In this document: positions 43,870-58,110 of the stretch, piece after piece | Numbering within the stretch: position 1 is the stretch's first letter | Layout of the letters: each line of letters opens with the position of its first letter | Assembly: GCF_009914755.1 (NCBI RefSeq) | Contig: NC_060930.1 | DNA: 64,000 nt | Strand: one strand, 5' to 3' | From: the human T2T-CHM13v2.0 reference genome, Homo sapiens | Made by a program: the position numbers and the translations under genes | Notes under the pieces: generated by a model | Database searches by the model: none | What the model saw: the letters and a program-made list of their open reading frames with translations, nothing else | What the model was told of the DNA's origin: nothing

Positions 43870-46800
43870 TAATGAAGTAACTATATGTCATTAAAAAATT
43901 GAAACAAAACCAAGACCAAAAGCAACACTTTTAATCCAGAAAGATTCAGTTACTGTTTCAAATCACAGTTTTCTCAGCATGATTTCTTATGAATTGTGTC
44001 ATTATGGCATTATTTTTACCATTGGTTCACTTTATTCACTGATTCTGAACCTTCCTTCTCTTTATTCTGAGAAATAGTGCTTGACAGAGTTCCCTTGAGA
44101 GGAAGCATGCTTATTTTCATCCACCATGGATATGCCTGGACACTGAAGGATGATGCTGAACATCTAATTCAGGTGCTTGGACAGGTGGTGTTGTCTGAAC
44201 CAAGATTTTGAATAATTGGATATTGAATTTCATTCTGAAAGTGTTCAGTTTGAAACTCATATTGGACCATATAGACAGTAAGGGAATATTGGTCTGGAAT
44301 GGTTAGGCCAGAAATAGACATGCAGAAGTCAACAGTTTTGCTGGTAGTTGAAGCCTGTGTAGCATCCCACACTCCTCTCCCTGAAGGCTTCCTGGGATGC
44401 ATCTCCCTACTTCTTGGAGCCCAGGACAGCTTTTTCAGAGCCTTCCGGTCTCTAGAGGGAGGGAGGGGAGGTCTGGGGGTGTGATGTGATTCCTTGGACA
44501 GATCTGTACCTGATGCCTTCAGGGGCTAGGTTGGTCTAGTTCCTCTCCAGACTTTAGCTTTCATCTTGATTCATAGACTTTCCTCACGGACCCAGATTCA
44601 CAGAGTCTCTGAATTGAAATTGGACACGAGGAAGTTGTCTGGGTCAACAACTAAAGGATTTCTTCTGGGGTCAAGGTAGAGGTCACTGACTGGCCACCAG
44701 TGGACTGAGTCCAACAGCTCATGTGTGTATGTGTGTGTGTGTCCCTACATAGTGTTTTTTTTTAATGGAGTTAATCACCAATTAATACACAATTGGGAGT
44801 TTTCACACAAAAATCAGGGTTTTAGCTTCTTAGAAAAAAATCCCAGAATGTCTGACAATGTGGAGCCTGGACACCTTTTGTCTGAATTTCTTTTCGTCAC
44901 CGGAACCTAAACTGAATTGTGCCTTTAGATGGAGCATATATTCTCCATAGATGTCACTTGCTGGAGGTTCATGGCCCTTGTGAGCATTTCATGGTCTTCA
45001 TTACTTGTAGGCATGGTCCTTGGAGACTCCTGGATTTGATCTTGTTGGTCTTACCTCCTTTCCTTCAACCATAAACCATTTAAGTGAGCACCAAGTGTGT
45101 GGGCAGCCCTGAGTGAGAAGATGAGGTATGGTGCCCCATCTACTATGATGAACAGACCCTGCAGATATTGGTCAGGTTGGCCCAGAGACCTACCGCTGGA
45201 CTCAGGCTTAGTTCTGGGCTCAGCATGTCAGCAACCCCGGGGAATCTCTGGAGGCCTGTCTGTGCAAACTGAAGACTCTTCAAGGACAGACATTGAAGAG
45301 CCATTGGAATCTTGGAATCCATCTATCTAAGAGCAGTCATGGATCCATACTTTGACCCTTGAACCAAACTGGCCTCTTTGGGCCCTCTTGGATAAGTTCT
45401 GGAGTTGGTGCTAGACCAAAGTAAGAAATCTAGGTGGGGATTGTGCCCTTATTTTTCATTCTCCGGCAAACCAATAGAGGTCATATTCCCCATGGGAGCT
45501 ATGGCACAGAAGTGTCTAGCCTGGCAATTGCTGGGTATCTGAACGGCCACCAAAATATTATTTTGCCACTCAGTCCCCAGCAAAATATTCTTGAATCTGA
45601 GTAAAGTTTACTGGTATGAACTGTGGAAGTGATTTTGCTGTGTTATGAAATCTTTGGAGTCATAGCAGGCTCTTACTGGCTTTCTTCTTCTGTCTGGAGC
45701 ACCTTACCATCTGTCTCCACTCAAAGACAGTCTTGAATGAGGAAGGACACAGACAGGAAATTCTTTTCATTTAACCCAATTCCCTTAGGCTACAACTTAA
45801 GCTTATTTCCTCATTTTGCATCCTGTGAATATGAAAAAGCGTCTTGTCATGGCCCTACCTGTCATGCATGGACTGTGAAGTTTCCTCCCAATGTTCCTTC
45901 TATTGGACTCTTTGATTCCTGTTGAATTGATGTTTGGGTTTGTCATTTTTCTTTAGAGACCCAGTGCATGGATAGATAGCTTTAAAGAATGTATCCTATA
46001 TCATCTTCATTAGATGAGAATACTGTAAATGATTACAAAGATTCTATGATTCATTTGTCCAGCAGAGAGGATGGTCTGTTCAAGTTTCTAAGAATACTTA
46101 AAAATAAACAAGGGACTCACTTTGTCATATTTCATCTTTATGCTATCAGAGTGCTGATTCCATAACACAGAACTCAGAATGCAACCAACAGAGCCCGAAG
46201 CCACATTCACATTCCTTATAGCTTTATTTCACGTTGAAGGATTGCACTCATGAGACCTTCAAAACAATGATCGGGAATAGAACAAACTGTCATACTTCTA
46301 ACCCCAAGGATAAGTTTTCAGTCAAGTAATGTAAGCTCATGCACATTGATTTCTGCTTGCCAGAATGACTGCCCCTTAGTTAGATGCTGGTTTGATGACT
46401 TCACTCAGAGCTGAGGCACTGCGGGTGAGAGGCAGGGCTGGAATGATGGGCAGGATTGCTTTTTATCTGGGTCTCCTGTTTGTCTTTTTGTCCAGTTCTC
46501 TCTGAGTTAGGCATGGACGAGTTAGGCATGAAGCATCAAAAATGACATCAATTTTAATATCAAAGTCAATGGGAATCCAGGAAATGAAAATATCTCATCA
46601 GGTCAAGCGTTTTGTTTAACAGGTCCAGTCTGTGTGTGGTGCGGTGGGTGGGAGGAGGAGGTCGCGATATTTGGCTTAAGGCATTTTGAGAACCTTAAAT
46701 TCAGAGTTGATCTTATAAGGAGATTGACGGTAAGGTTGCCTGTAGGGTTTTGTTTCAGAGTCCCCAAAAGGCCTTTATGTTAAAAAGAACCTTCATTAGG

Positions 46801-49012
46801 TAACTCTCTAAGGCTTAAATTGTCACCATTAGAAAGTCACTCCTCTGGTTTAAAGTTTTGTCATAAGAATGCAAATTCCTGAGAGAGAACATCACTCACT
46901 TATTCCATTCCTTCCAGAAGAGAGAGGTCGATGAGGATGCGCAGCCCAAGGTGAAGTGATTGTGGTGGGTAGGGAGGAAGAGTGCTCCCAAGAGAGGAAG
47001 ATGGTGGGGGAAGGTGGGGTGGAGGGTGGTGGGGTGGTAAACAGCTCTGGAGGTCTTACAATTTGTTTTAGGATAGTATGTTTCAGTGGATATGGTCATC
47101 GATCATTGATAATAAGAGACCAATTCCGAGGGAGCATGAGCTTCTGGCAGAGCTGGGCTTTGGAGTTGGGCAAAGCCATGTTTGTAGTTGGCTCCATCCC
47201 TGGTGTAGCTGTGTGACTCAGCACAGAAATTATTCTGTGCTGTGTCCAAGGACAAATGCAAGGTATCGCAGAGAAGAACAATGAAAATATTTATAAATTG
47301 CTCTTTTCATGTGTCAGTAATAAAAGTAAATCATGTTCTGGCCTAGGTAGCTGTGTACTGATTGAATCACTAGTGCCTGGTAGAAAATGTGACAGTATTT
47401 AGGTTTTACAGTTCTCACATTTTAGAATGTCTATTCAAGATCTCACTTTTCTTGAGGGAGATTTGCTGTAAAGAAAAGTGCGATATGTATATTCATTCAT
47501 TTATATTCTTCCTTGGGAGAAACACTCAACCATGAGCTTCCATTTGTAGTTTTCGGATATCTTGTTTTGCTTCTACACACCTTTTAGTCAGTGTGAAATG
47601 TTGGATTCCTGGGAATGATTCCTGCTGAAGTTGCTTGTAGATAAGGAAAGGTAAATGAAAATTAAAGAACAGTAACCACTATTGCTAATTTTAAATGCCT
47701 AGAAAATGATTGGTGTCTTCATAGTCTTCCCAACTCAAAATTTCCCAAAGAGCATGAGCCTACTTACCTGTGATTCCTCCCTCACAGGTTTACAGGAACC
47801 TCACCTCTGGAGTTGGGAGGGAATGCTTTGTAGATTTTTGTCCATACCCTAACATCATGCTTCTGTCTCCAGAATAGACATTCTTTCTCTAACGCTTCAA
47901 AATCCTCAAATTCATACTCTTCTTTCATCCCTTGAATTTCTCTAAGGAGTTCTTTCCCTTGCTAATCATTTTACTCCAGAGGCAATGGGCAATTTTGGGA
48001 GGAGTGATGTGTGTTAGAATTATCTATGTTTATTCTGTTCAGAATTTTCATCCAATATTAAAATCACATACTAACTCACATATGTGTCATCACTAAACAT
48101 GCTCCTTTTCTTTTCTTCTTCCCTGAGACTCCAAATGCGTTTTTCTTAAAGTTACTGTTTAAAGGTTGTTGGTTTTGTTTTTAGGTTACTTTTTTCTTTC
48201 TTGCAGCATGCTTTACTCAATAGTCAGTTTCAGTTCCAGGTTTGCCCTAGATTTGTTTGACTGTTGCTTGAATATTTCACACACATTTATATTATGTTGC
48301 ATTACAATATCAGTTACATAGTGAGTAGAGAGATTTTGTTTGACAAAATGTTATGTTTCACTTTAGTAATTTTGAAAATGAAGTGAATTTCTTTGGAACC
48401 TCATAAGTCAAGATAAAAAAGTGATTGTACTTGGTACTAACTTGTTTTTCTTCTGGAACACAATATGGAAACATTTAAATTAGACATATGCAGATAGAAC
48501 CAGAGTTTTACTCGCCCTTTAAGCTGTTGATGATCTTGGTTTGTTTTCTTTGTGGAAATGAATGCTGCTGTTATCTCACTTAGAATACAATGGATATTTT
48601 TCTTAATCAGGACAGTTTTATGCTGTTCTCTCCGAGACGTTTAAAGATTGTCCAACTGTACCACACAACATACTAATAACTTATTTACTATATAAATGCT
48701 ACTGGAGAGTATGGCAAATTACTGATTTGTTATTCTGTCACTAGCAAGACAGTGTAATCAAGCCAGACAATGCCTAAAGTTTATATTGATTTATTTCCCT
48801 TTTGGTTTAAATTTACCACCTACGGTTATCCAAAATACACGAAGGCCTGTGGGTTTGGTATATTTGTTTTGTTGTCATACTGTAATGCTGTGCAAATACA
48901 TGACTATCCTTAAAGTCTTTCGGATCATACTGATTAAACGTCATTTACTGTTTTCCTAACAATATCAAAGATGATTAAAAAAATTCGTTTTCCCAATCTG
49001 TTATTGCCATGA

Positions 49013-49237
<225 letters not shown>

Positions 49238-51583
49238 TGACACTCTGATCTTGTTCCCAGTCAGAATTAACTGTGCACCAACATTCTCAGTTGCATTCTT
49301 AGGATGACTGTGAGACAACCCATGGCTGGGCTCAAGGTCCCTTACGGTTCTTTGGGAATGGAGAACTGAGTTCTGAGATGCTTGTCGGAGGCTGCTGTTT
49401 GACAGCCGGTGTGGGACACTTGGGCTTCCCCATCCGTGCATGTGAACTCAAGTATTCCTGTTTCCAAACTGATGCAGCAGATGATTTTTAGTTTCTGAAT
49501 GTGTTTTCAGAAAGTAGATTGATCCTTTTTTGCTTCATAGAAACTTCACTGCTAGACAACTGAGTGGGCTGATCTAGAGACTTCGAACTTATATGCCATT
49601 TTATAATCAGGGATTGGGCAAGTCGTATGTCCCTGGAGATGTGGAATACGTTATGCCTAGCCACGTCTGGTTAAAGATGTAACACTTTGCCCCATTTAAA
49701 TTTGACTTTAACTTGATTCTGGAGGTTTGGAATATTTGAGATTTTGCCTCAATATATTTTGTCTTATTAAGTGCAGATGTAGTTGGTTTTGGGCTTAGGC
49801 TTCGAGCTGCCTCTGAATCCTCTGTCTTCTATTTTTGATTCCAGTAACCTAAAGCCCCATTGATTCTTGAACCATGTCATGGCCCAACATTAAGATGGAT
49901 CATAAGGAAGGAAGAGAAGTCAGCATTTAGGAAACAGGTCTCCTCTTGTGCCACCTTAGCACTTTGATCCTTTAGTGGATCATGGGCTCCTCAGCTTTGG
50001 TCCCCTGACCACAGCTGACCACACTTACTCCTTCTCCACCTCCTGCATTTGACATCACGCTTCCTGGGTAACAGAGCAGAAAGTTTATAAAAGGGAGATG
50101 AAGGAAGACAGACTCCCTTCCTCATGGCTTCAGCTAAATGTCCATTTCCCTTAATCTCTTCCACATCACCTTGGCTCCCCAAGTCCAGCTGTGAAGTTAA
50201 ATGGAGATTCTATCAGATCAAAGGCGTGAGCAGATCATATCTCCTTGCTCAAACCTTGGGTTGTTATGATGGCTGCAGAGAAGAAAAACATGTGAAAAGA
50301 GAGTCGTAGAGCTCACTAAAAAACAAATAGTATCTCCCAGACAACTTTCTGATGAGTTAACTGTATGGGTATCAAACACATGTGGATTAAATTTCTTTGA
50401 AATACAAACAAGCTCAGAGTAAAGAGAGAAAGTGTCTGGCAAAGCATGATTTTGCATTCTGTCTGACCCCCGGGCATTTCCCCATTAGCCTGGCAGGTCG
50501 TGCCAAACCCTGAATGCCACCAGGCCCTGCCACAGTGAGACAGAAGTCACACCAGTCTTGATCACAGCAGGCATCCCAGGGGGCATCAGCCAGGCTTCTG
50601 TTCATGGGCCTCTGGCTTGAGGACTGAGTGAAGTTTTGTTATAATAATGCTCCCTACTTTGAGAAATGTCATTGTCATTATGACCTTTGACAGAACTAAC
50701 CCTCACCTCTCCAGCTCTCGTCCCCTGAAATACCCACAGACTTTCGTCTCTTCAAGAAATTGGTACCCCACTTACCTGTCACAAGACAGTGATTCATTTT
50801 CAGGAAACCTAGTACTTAGTAGGGTTTTACCTTGCAGAGCTACACGTTCAGGGTGCCCTCCCCTGTAACATGGGTCTTCATTTCCTTTCCCATCCCATCA
50901 ACTTTAGGAGCTCAGCCCAAGAGACCTCTGCTATTTGGCCTTGACCCCTAGATGAAAGTCAAAAAGTGAAGCCCAGTTATGTCAAGATTAGCATTTCCAA
51001 GACTCCAGGATATATATATTTTTCTAGCTTTTTGTTGGAATGGTCAAAAACAACATGCAGACATAGTAAGGGGAATATTTTATTGTGAAAAGGAGAAAAT
51101 TTCATGAAGCTTTATGTATTGCAGTGAAGATTTCCCATGTGCTACATTTTATGGGTTACATTGACATTTCTTATTATTTTCTGGAGATTTTCATTTGGAG
51201 CCTCTAATGGGGAAGGATTATTAGTAGTGACTGACAGTGTATGTTCAAACACCTATTTAGTGGACAAGGAGTTCCTGTTTCCTACATGGATTTCACATTA
51301 AAACCTTCAAAAGCTCTTTTTGTTGAGTGTTGATGAATCCAGGTTTATTACACATGGCATGTACCTTGTATGAAATAAAGTTTATGTTCTTTGGGTCATG
51401 TGTTTTTCAGTTGCATGAGAAGAATGTTAGTGATTTTAATTTAAAAAAAGAGAGACATCTATCATTATGCTTGTCACTGAATTTGGATTTTTGTATTTGA
51501 TTATAACTGGTATAAGGAAGATGGTTATGCATGGTTAGTGAGTGAAACTGTGTCATTCTTGGAGATCTGAATTGGTGGCTTGA

Positions 51584-51790
<207 letters not shown>

Positions 51791-52025
51791 TAATTTTTGA
51801 ACAAGAACTTTTTAGACTTGTATAGCAAGCTGACAGATTGAAAAGTGGAAGAGGCTTATCCTTTCTTTTAAAATAGTTTTAATGTAGGTTATTAGCATTT
51901 CATCCAGACGTTTTGAATACTTACTGAGTAAACCATGTGTAAAAGACCTAAAATATGTATTGTCCGTAAAGCTGAGGTGTCCAGTCACTAATATGGGCTG
52001 AGCAGATCCTTTTGAAGATGGTTGA

Positions 52026-52226
<201 letters not shown>

Positions 52227-54464
52227 TGAAGCATCGTCTCGCAAGAGAGTTGTGCTTCCGTCACACACATGTGCTCACAAACCTTCACTGAGTTCCCATC
52301 GCTAAACTAACACACACGCCACACAGTCTTGGTCAATCTGTTCTGCATCCAATGAACTAGACTGTAACCAGTGTTGCTTATTGTTCACCGTTCTTTCATG
52401 TTCTCGCGTGGGGAAGTGTCTGCGTCTACATCTGGGGATATTGTTGCCCTCTTCATAGGCAAATATGGTGGTTGAGATGGCAGTACTGACCAGATTAGGA
52501 TATTTATAGCTCTTCTACCAGTGAATCAATGAATGGGGTCCCCCCAAAATAGTGGCTTTTATGGGCTAACATGTTGCTTCAAGTCTTGCTTTTTTCTTAC
52601 GACCTTGGGATATTTTGTGATATGTTAGACGACCTACCTTCCATCTCTGCTCCATATTTGTGTATCTGTTTGTTTTCTCATTTGGATGTTGATGTTGTCT
52701 GGTCATATTGTTTTACTTACTGAGAAAAGTGTTGACATTTCTTGTGTGTTTCTTGAATATATTTAATTGATGGTGAAAAAATAATGTAAAATGAATGCAG
52801 TTATTTCAGAGTGTGGTTGGGTAATATCTCAAAAGCACTATGGTGAGGAGCTGTGTTTTATTTTCACATGCCATGTGTTTAAATATATCAATCTGGAGTT
52901 CTTGTTGACAGGAAGGTGAGTATGATGAAACCAATGATGATTATCTGCTTTTCAGACCAGATTTGATGGTGTAGGTGGTCTTCACAGTGCATGCTATATG
53001 AAAAGGGGGTGGAAGAACAAAACATCAGAAAAGAAAACTGGCTTTTGGGGAGAGACTAAGTGTTCTTGTTTGAATGACTATGAGGTGTTGCAACAGAAAT
53101 GTCTTGTAGCTGATTTGAGAAGAGAGAATGGAAGTTGGAAGAGGGAAGTAAGAACGAGACATGGACTTAGGAGTCATGCTATAAGGCAAAAGTTGAAGTA
53201 GAGAGCTCATGAGTGGCTGAGGATTAGCAGAAAGAAGATCAGGAGGCCAGGAATCAAACCATGGAAATTCAGTAAAATGGTCAACAAGTTAGTACAGCTA
53301 GCAAGTGTGCAAAAGAAGAAAAGGTGTTTATTTTCAGAGGTTGTTTACCTCTGAACACACACATGTAAACAGACACATGTGAACCTTTTACTGATGGATG
53401 TGTGTGCCTTGCATTTGAATCTTATATTTTGTGTTTTAAATAAGCGTCTTATTTTTACATCCTTCCTGATACAGTTTTTTGAATGACAATAGCTTTAGAA
53501 CAAGTGATTTTCTTGCTTTTTCAGAAGTAATTAATTTCTTATGCCCTCTTTAATAGTGTGTGTGCACACATGTGTATGACCTTTCTGAGTAAGTGAGCAG
53601 AAACCCTGGGGACCAGGGATCAGACAGCCGTGTTCCAGCTCATTATTGGTTGTATGTATTGTGAGATTATTGAACTTCTATCTGCAGGAGGCTTTGCAGG
53701 CCCTGGTTGCCAAACCACTCTGCTATAATACATGATGTTTCATTTGTCATACATGGTGATTAAAAAAGATACCAGAAGAAACTGCTGGCTCAAACCACTT
53801 GAAGCATGTAATATAAAGCAGAACTTAAAACAACAACAACGACAACAACAAAAAAAACCCAGGAATATCCAGAATGCACAGACTAGGTTAAAGTACTTCA
53901 CAAATTACATTTCATTGTTAATAAAAATAATAATTTATGTGAAGTTATCAGTAAGTGATCACCATGTATCTATACCTTTTGATGAGGCTTGGAAAATATG
54001 ATCTGCTATTATTCCGAGAAATTGTTAAATATATGACAATCTTGCCAAACAAAAGAAGTATTCAGAATTCCCTGTCTTCATTCAAAGAGGAATTTGCCTT
54101 CAAAAATGCAGACATTAGCATGGGCACCTGGTGTAAGGCCCAAAGGGATTCACTTTAGTGCTTTGACTGATAGGGTCTCACATCCTTCCTGTGTTTTATT
54201 AGAAACCAGAGGAATATCCATTCTTTTAAGCTGCTAGAAACAATGGCTGCAGTTCTGATTCCAGAAGACCTCCTTTTGCAGGCTTACAGCTATCTCAACT
54301 GAATTGTCTTTACCTAAAAATAGGACTTTAGTTATTCAATTAATTTATTACAGGCGGAGGTCTAGGTGTTAGAGATACAAGCTAGACAAGGGATCACCTC
54401 AATGAAACTTATATTCCAATGAGAAAGAAAGATAACAAACAAATATGCACAAAATGTTGCATAT

Positions 54465-54862
54465 AATCTATTAATTTGCTGGGGCTGCCATAACAAAATG
54501 CCACAGACTGGTGGCTTAGAAAACACAAATTTATTTCTCTTGATTATTGGGTCTAGAAGTCCAAAGTCCCGATGTTGGCAGGTTTGATTTCTCCTGAGGC
54601 CTCTATCCTTGGCTTGTAGATGGTCACCTTTTTGCTGTGTCCTTGAATGGCCTTTCTTTGTGAACATGCATCCTTGGTATCTGTGTGTCCACATTTCCTT
54701 TTTATAAGGTCACTAGTCAAATTGGATGAGGCCCCAGCCTAATGGCCTCATTTTAACTCACCTCTTTGAAGACTCTATTTCTGAATATGCTCACATGTGA
54801 GATACTGGGGTTAGGACTTCAACATATGAATTTGGCAGAGGGGGCACAATGCAGCCCATAAC
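54465..54862 (-). mobile_element. MLT1A-type MaLR LTR
   Basis: 'ggggctgccataacaaaatgccacagactggtggcttag...tactggggttaggacttcaacatatgaatttgg...cacaatgcagcccataaca'. Confidence 0.85.
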
Positions 54863-55929
54863 ACATCATGAATTATTTTAAAAATAAGCAGTACTGTAAT
54901 ATAGAATAAGCAGATGGGAGTGACGGTTTGGGAGCCTAGGAGACACTGATAAGATGGTGGCACCAAGTTGAGATCGTAAGAGACTGTGAGGGTGAAGCCA
55001 TGTGGGGAGGAGGAGGAGGACCATGCCAGAGAGTCCTGGAGTTTGGGCAAGACTTAAGCAATTCCCAGACTGGTCAGTCGTCCAAATATGAAACCTCTCA
55101 GCACTCAGGAAATGACAGGATCGAGCGAGAATGCAGCACGAGGGCAGCAGTTTTGGCTCCTCTTGTGTTGCTCATCTCACTTCTCCGAGCCGGAAAGCTT
55201 TCTTTGTACTTAATGCAGAATCCCTCTTGCTGGGATGGAAACCTGTATCCTCTTATTCTGTCCCCAGGGAAGAGATGTCACAAGTCTGTTCATTTATTGG
55301 AATACTGTTATGGAGCTTTTCTGCAGACTTCTTTTCTGCAAGTTGTTTTGGCTTTTTTTGTGTAACAGGATCTGGGTAACCTGGCAGTGCAGAGCCAGGC
55401 CCTGGGGGTCAGGACAGGGACACAGACACATCCCCACTCTGCTACCCGCCAGCCTAGGGCCTCAGCCCAGCTAGTTAGTCAGCTTTTGTCAAACTCTTCA
55501 TTTGGGAAACAGTATTAGGTTCTGGTTAAGTATAGTTCTGAATATGATCATATCTATTTAATCATTTTTAAGGTTTTTCTAAAAATCAAGTCCTCTGTGC
55601 TTTTCTCAAGTTTTGGAGCCTAAACTAGGCCTAGTACTGAAATCAAAGTCTAATTTCTGCCTCATTTTTCTTTACATTATATTTTAGTTCGCGACGCTTG
55701 CTCATTTTTTTGGACAAACGATAGCTTGGACTCAAGTTCAGCATAGAGTCCACAATTACTCCTTGGCCATTTCCAGACGATGCTGCGTGACAATCGCTTG
55801 CGGACCAGACATTTCCTTATCTTGGTCACCCACTGACTTCCGGGTTGCTCCCTAAATCCAGCAACTTCAGGCACTTGCCGCATAGTGGGTCTGTATTCCA
55901 GGCATCCATGACAATGACCCATTTGATAT

Positions 55930-56600
55930 TCTCACCTCCTGGCTCTAACTGCCACCTCCCCTCATGGAGTTAAAGTTACAGATAGAGTTGATCCCTTCCA
56001 AAATCTAGACTCCTGGAATCCCCATCTGATCACCATCATCTCACTTCCTCAACACCCTCACGTCAGAAGCTTAATTTCAGACCATAGTAGACTTTGGACC
56101 TGTAGACCCTTCCCAGCTGTGGGGTCCAGAAGCTGCCGCTGTCCTGTTTCTTCTTTACTTTATCCAGGTCCCATCATTCCAACCACACTCCACATGCAGG
56201 TCTGCCCCCGTCATTTCAGCTGCCTCACTGCTGCAGTGCTACCTCTGCCCGTCGCTCTGCCAGGACCCCCAGCTATCTAGCTTTCTCTGTCTGCCATGCT
56301 GATGGCTGGGCTTTGTGAGACAGATGAAGAGCTGATCTGATTTGAGTTACAACAGCTTGTCAGAGCTGGTTTTCTCACTTCATCCAGGTCCTCAGTGCTG
56401 CTTGGCCACTTCCTGATTGTCCTCACACAGTTTCCTTTCTTTATGCCACAGTGGCTAGTCCAAAATGTCACCACTGTGCTCCAGCCCATTTCCTGGCCTG
56501 GGTTCCTTTCACTTCTAGTAGGTGACTTGCTTCCTGCTTCCCTGGGGGGATGAAGGTTTCAGCTGACATTGCCCCTCTCCCTTCTTCTCCCTCCTGAACC
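55930..56600 (+). mobile_element. Old L2 body fragments
   Basis: C/T-rich L2-like motifs 'ccatctgatcaccatcatctcacttcc' and 'gacttgcttcctgcttcc'. Confidence 0.4.
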
Positions 56601-57989
56601 CTCACTGCTCCCTGCCCTCCTGCTGGCTCTAGGGAAGGGCTGTTGTTACCTTCTCTTTAAGGCTGACTTCATCTACATCAGTTTCTTGGAAAGCATGGTA
56701 GACCTGAGGGCAGATCTGGGGTGGGATTCATCTTTGGATCCCTCCCAGTGCCTGGTTCAGAAAGTTGATACCTACTGTTGAACTAATTATTTGATACCAA
56801 AACAATGAAACTATGAAAACATGAAAAAACAAAGTTTGGCATTGTAAAGATTTCTTATCTAGCACTCTTTTCATGGGCATAGCTACAGATTGATGGGACA
56901 TGTATACCCCAGACTTGTATTTTGGCCTTTTCTGTCAGTATTTCATCAAAATGAGCACCAACTTTAAGGCATATGATCTTGCTGGTTTATTTAAATATGA
57001 CTGATGTGGAAGTTGAAAACTCTAAACCTAGTGTCTTGAGATGGCTGTCTCTCCAATCTGCTGATTCAAGAGCATAATTAATCCACCAAACCATAATCTC
57101 GACACTGTTCACCTCTGAACACCTGGCTCTGGCTCCAGGTTCAGGCCCTGACTAGCTCTCAGCCATCAGCAACTCCTGTCTTCCAAATACCAGATTTCTC
57201 AGCTATGAAATGATGGGATTCAACAAGAGGCTTCTAGGTTCCTTTCTAAGAACTTTCTTAGGCTCCAAATTTCTTTCTAAGGTTCCAAGTTTCCTTTTAG
57301 TTTTGAAATGTCATGAATCTATGAGGCTGAGTGGACGGATTCCACTTTTAATGAATGATGCTAAGCTTTGTGAGCAGTAGAAAACCATTTGTCATACTGA
57401 ACAAATGGCTGTTTTCCTATTTTTTTTACCCTACTTTGAATGTTTTAGGTCATTGCATTCAAAAGTCATATTAGTGAAGGAAGAAATGCTAAATTGTAAT
57501 TTCTGCATTTTGAGAATGTACTTAAAACACACCAAAGGTACACAGAAGAAAGACTCATCCCCAGTGATAATGCTGGAAAGCACCTCTCCCAGGGCCCCCT
57601 TGTTGGGTGTCCTCCCCTCTGTTTGCAATGGTGGAATTCTGCTGAATGAACTAGTGGAGATGGTGATGTCAACTTATTTAAACTGACATGTGTCATTGGC
57701 ACTTGGTGCAAAAGGTGCCGGCAGAGTAAACCAATAGGCAAAGCAAGGGCTCCACCAGATATTTCTGCAGCCAGGCAGTGGAGCTGCTGTGCACCAGACT
57801 CGTGCTTAACATGTACCCCAATTCAAAAGCAAGGAATTAATTATGAATCAAAGACTGCCTTCTTTCCAAGTACAATTTCAATCAAAGCCTTTGGCCAATG
57901 GGGAATTAATGCTGTCTGTGACATTACTTTCACAGTAGCTTTCTCATGCAGTTATTAGTTTTATTTAGTGTGCACTTCACAGGACAAAA

Positions 57990-58110
57990 GTTCATGGCCT
58001 GGAAGGTGAGCTCCTTAAGGGCAGGGTGCTTTGATTTACTCATCTTCCTATCTCCAGAGCCTGGGGCAATTGCACAGTGGGTGCTCAGGAGACATTTGTT
58101 CAGTGGAAAT
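57990..58110 (+). mobile_element. L2 3' end
   Basis: 'gagctccttaagggcaggg...tctccagagcctgg...gtgctcaggagacatttgtt'. Confidence 0.6.

Noticed and set aside
46503-46529. GAGTTAGGCATG repeated twice (similar micro-duplications near 23512 and 41325)
   Set aside because: Ordinary short slippage duplications.
52810-52915. Cryptic exon candidate (TTTCAG|...AAG|GTGAGT)
   Set aside because: Weak pyrimidine tract, length not a multiple of 3, and no other support.
55677-55922. Hidden message in the third codon positions of the antisense ORF
   Set aside because: I read out the third positions by hand and found no periodicity or recognisable pattern.
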